DNA of 64,000 nt from Marsupella aquatica. Taxonomy: Eukaryota > Plantae > Marchantiophyta. The notes under the pieces are model-generated. The model was not told the DNA's origin, did not search any database, and was given only the letters and a program-made list of their open reading frames with translations. The translations under genes were made by a program, and so were the position numbers. Within the stretch, counting starts at the first letter, position 1, and each line of letters starts with the position of its first letter. Positions 59,996 to 64,000 of the stretch are shown piece by piece. The stretch covers positions 9,585,440-9,649,439 of the forward strand of contig OZ316894.1 of assembly GCA_973895155.1 (NCBI GenBank). Direction: 5' to 3'.

Positions 59996-62785
59996 TTACA
60001 TGTAAAGACCCTCTGGTACACCTTCCTTCTTCTTATACATCACTTTCTCCTTAGCCTTCTTGAAGTCGGGTTGAGTCACCTGGATAGCCACACACAAAAC
60101 GTTTAGCTTGTACAAGTTTAACGCAGCCTCCAGAGAACTAGATCACTTTAGTATACGTAGGTCTAGCACTCCACAATGCACGACCTGAGTATGAACAGTG
60201 ACTAACTACGGGTGATCATCCCCGAAGGACATAGGATGCTCAAAGAGTCACACACCTTCATCCGGCGTTCTCTTAGAGCCAAAAGCCCAGCTTCAGTGCA
60301 GATAGCTTTGATGTCTGCTCCTGAGAACTCATCCTTTGTCATCACAAACTCTTCTAAATTTACATCATCGGATAGAGTCATTCGAGAAGTGTGTATCTGC
60401 ATAGCCAAGGAAATCATGGAAAGCTTTAGACAACTGAAATTTTCTGTCCCTCATTCCACTACAGAAATCAGGCGGTCAGTAGAGTGCGTCTGCCGAATGA
60501 TGACGGATAATGGATCTCAACATGAATTTCAAGAGTCGGACAATTATGAATAGATCTGAAAAATAAAAATGAGCCTATAAGGGCAATCAGGAACATTCTA
60601 TAGCATGATTGTAATGACAAACTTTAATGTGTCTATTTCCAGAAAGCATCTCGTCCAGTGTTCATTAGTTGGCATTGAAGAGGGGAGTAACAAACCTGGA
60701 AAATACGGCGTCTTGTCTTGATATCAGGAAGAGGGAATTCTATCTTTCGATCAATTCTTCCAGGTCTTAAAAGAGCAGGGTCTAAACTCTCGATTCGGTT
60801 AGTAGCTAGAATGACCTTCACGTCACCCCGTGCATCAAATCCATCGAGCTGATTTAGCAACTCCAACATAGTTCTCTGGATTTCCCTTTCACCTCCAGAA
60901 TGGGCATCATACCTATACAAAATAAAATCCCCAAAGGGAATTACAGCAAGCTCAGCTTCAGCAAAGTTTATATGATGAACTCCACCCACACTATATTTTT
61001 CCTACGTGAAACAAACATTACACTTGCCCTCAAGGAAATTAAAGGCATTTGCTTCTTTAAAGCAAACTCTAAACGTCTTTTGAAAGCCAACAACGGACAC
61101 TAGAACGAGGACTATCGTAGATACTCAAGTACTCTGGCCAAGGGCCACTCTATCCGACGGGTAACAAAAGGCATTGCTTCTTTCCTGATTGCATACTGTG
61201 CATCAGAAACTCGCGGCCAGAGACCTTATGCTCTCGACAGATGGAACTAAAGTAGATGCTAGTATAAAAATGCAATATAAATAAAAAACGCATCAAGAAC
61301 ACAAACCATTCTTAAACCCTGGCTAATGTATCCAACAACCTTATAAGCAGCTCGTTTCTAAATGAGTCCGTGATAATGCAGAGATATACCTCTTAGTACC
61401 GATGGCATCAATTTCGTCAATAAAGACAATTGAAGGTGACAGTTCATCAGCAACCCGGAATAACTCCCTAACGAGCTTAGGGCCATCTCCCAAATACTTC
61501 TGGATGAGCTCACTTCCAACAACACGGAGGAAAGTAGCTGATGTGGAGTTCGCAACAGCCTGAAAAACGTATGAAGATTTAGACTAAAGACGACAAACTC
61601 CTCGTAGAGACGAGAACACGTTGATACACTGCATATAACAAACCAGACATATGCCCAATTGCTTTAGTACATACCTTGGCGAGAAGTGTTTTCCCAGTTC
61701 CCGGCTCCCCGTAGAGAATCACTCCCTTCGGAGGCTTAATACCAATATCCTCATAAAGTTCCGGGTGTGTCAGTGGAAGCTCTACTGCCTCCTTTATTTC
61801 TTGAATTTGTGGATCTAACCCTCCAATGTCTGCGTAGGACTCAAGCGGTGCCTTTTCCACTTTCATGACTGAAACCATAGGATCGACTTCATCTTGTAGC
61901 AGACCAACCACAGAGAGGACCTGTCACAACGACATGCCAGGATTCTCATTTCTGACCACAAATCTCAATTCCATGCTGCCATGAAAAGCAGACCCTGGAT
62001 GCTTCTTAACATACGACAAATTATACAAAAACCCTAATCTCAACAAACCAAGCGCTTGAACGAGCATGCTACAGTGAACAAAAGACTTCAAAACTACTCC
62101 TGCAAACTCTTCGCTACTCCAACAGAATTTGGAGTAATTTAGACCCACACTAAATATGCAGCTTTGCGACATCTGGGCACAAACCCTTGTTAGGCAACTG
62201 TGAATTTTAGCATTCCAGTATAATTTGGGCATCGTAGACGAAAAGCAAATGAAAAACGGGGAAATGACTGGCCGGTAACAACGTTCTAAACCATAAAATT
62301 CACCATACCTTGTTATGCATGAGGATAGCACAGCCAGGCTCCAACTGATCCTTGTCCACGAACGAGAGAATGTTTACGTAATACTCTGGACCCACGGATG
62401 ATGACACAATGGCATGGTTTTCGTCAATTATCTCCTCAAGATTCCCAACGCTCATGGGAGAGCCGCGAAGATCGTCGACCTTGGAGCGATCCTCCTCATT
62501 TTTGTCCTCCTGCGGCTTCAACCGTTCCTGATTGGTGACAAATTCCTCCTCCATCAACAGATAATCCTTCACCCGCTCCAGCTTCAGAAGCCTGAGCTTA
62601 CACTTCGAAACAGGAGTCACCACAGGCAACCGAGCAGCTGCCTCTGGACCTTTCTGCTTACGCTGCTTCCTCCCCACACGCGTCGGTGGTGCCGCCGGCT
62701 CATACTTCTTCTCCTTCTTCTCCTCCGCCTTCTTGTCACCTGGAGGCCCCGACCTCGGTAACCCTCCTGACTGCCCCTGCCCCAT
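59996..62785 (-). CDS. RPT2: 26S proteasome regulatory AAA-ATPase subunit 4
   Basis: MGQGQSGG N-terminus, Walker [31 protein letters not shown] and C-terminal [12 protein letters not shown]. Six exons approx 62785-62309, 61920-61674, 61559-61390, 60911-60695, 60397-60256, 60079-59996. Confidence 0.97.
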
Positions 62786-63639
62786 CTCTGTTACCTCAAC
62801 GATCCGCCTTTTTGCTTCACAAACTCCCGAGCGAAGTTAGGACTCCCCCTAACAAAATTGTTGTCCGTCCGTCCGCAGGCAGAAATCGCATGGGACAAGG
62901 GGAAAAACCGGGCAAGGAGAAAAACCCTAATGTTTTCAGTTGCCTATTAAACCATAATAACGCGAGTCCAGATTGCCCCAGAGACGGTCAGTCAAGTGAC
63001 CTGCAGGAGCCATCATTGCCGAAATTTTAGCACGCAAAATTGAAGATCACTGGATGCTCAAAAAGCACGTGCACAGACAGTGTTCATAAAGCCAATATTT
63101 CCGTGCTGAGCCTTGGAAAAATGCCTGACCCAAACGTAGTGGCGAGCGAAAACGAGACAGCGCGTTAGTAGAGCTCAGATTTCTTTGCCCGGGAGCTTGA
63201 GACAATGCTTCGACCTAATTGCAAACGACTTAAATGAACGAGACAAGACTGTTCATAGTTTAGAGCAAAAGATTGCTGCACAGAGCTTGGACAAATTGCT
63301 TCAACCTAACCCACTGTGGTTGCGAACGAATTCACGAATCGAGCATGCTTCGACCTAATTGCGACCGGCTTGAGTGAGCGAGACAGAGCATATATTTCTT
63401 CAAACCAAAAATTGCTGCGCAAAGCTCTGAAGAAGCGCTTCAATCTCACCTCCTGTGATTGCGAACGAATTGGCGAATTGGCGAATTGGCGAATCGAACG
63501 AGCGCTCTGCTCGCAAAGAAGGAGCGCGAGAACGAGAGAGAGCACGACGAGAAACGCAACACTACTGCACCAAAACAACAATAGCAACGAGAGAAAACGC
63601 TACTGCACTATCAAATGCGTTCGCTCCACTTCTTCGCCT

Positions 63640-63915
63640 CCTCCTCGCAGGACCTCTCTCGGACGGTTTACGTGTATACGTGCTCAGTTCGCCCCCTCCT
63701 TCCCAGATAGTACACTAGTTACAAACGAAACGTCTCCTCCTCGCACGACCTCTCTGGGACGCTTTACGTGAATACGTGCTCAGTTCGTCCCCTCCTGCCC
63801 AGATAGTACATTAGTCACAAAAGAATCGTGTCCTTGTCGAAGGACCTCTCTCGGACGGTTTACGTGTATACGTGCTCAGTTCGTCCCCTCCTGCCCAGAT
63901 AGTACACTAGTTACA
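63640..63915. repeat. Three-copy ~95-bp tandem repeat upstream of RPT2
   Basis: GACCTCTCT.GGACG.TTTACGTG.ATACGTGCTCAGTTCG.CCCCTCCT.CCCAGATAGTACA.TAGT.ACAA x3. Confidence 0.88.
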
Positions 63916-64000
63916 ATAGAAGGCACGAAAGTTGTGTCATGCCTTTCATTATTTTTCTTTGGAATTTTCTCAGATGGTTTTAAACTAGGGTCATATTCCA

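Overview
Eukaryotic land-plant nuclear DNA; a non-seed plant such as a bryophyte is plausible but cannot be shown from sequence alone. Host genes are a secreted LRR protein, a degraded F-box/kelch gene, an IQM calmodulin-binding protein, a PDF1-like secreted protein, an SMP-30/gluconolactonase of fungal appearance, red chlorophyll catabolite reductase, and proteasome ATPase RPT2. They lie among decayed retroelements, SINE/MITE-like pieces and short tandem duplications. The standout is an 11.6-kb hAT DNA transposon (42619-54175) with a perfect 8-bp target-site duplication (CCTGAATG). Besides its frameshifted transposase it carries an intact intronless protein kinase and an intact coiled-coil/RING-H2 protein. 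It also holds an array of five pre-miRNA-like foldbacks between the converging genes, and two oppositely oriented sets of three covarying stem-loops upstream of the transposase and of the kinase. All pairings and splice sites were read by eye; functions are inferences.
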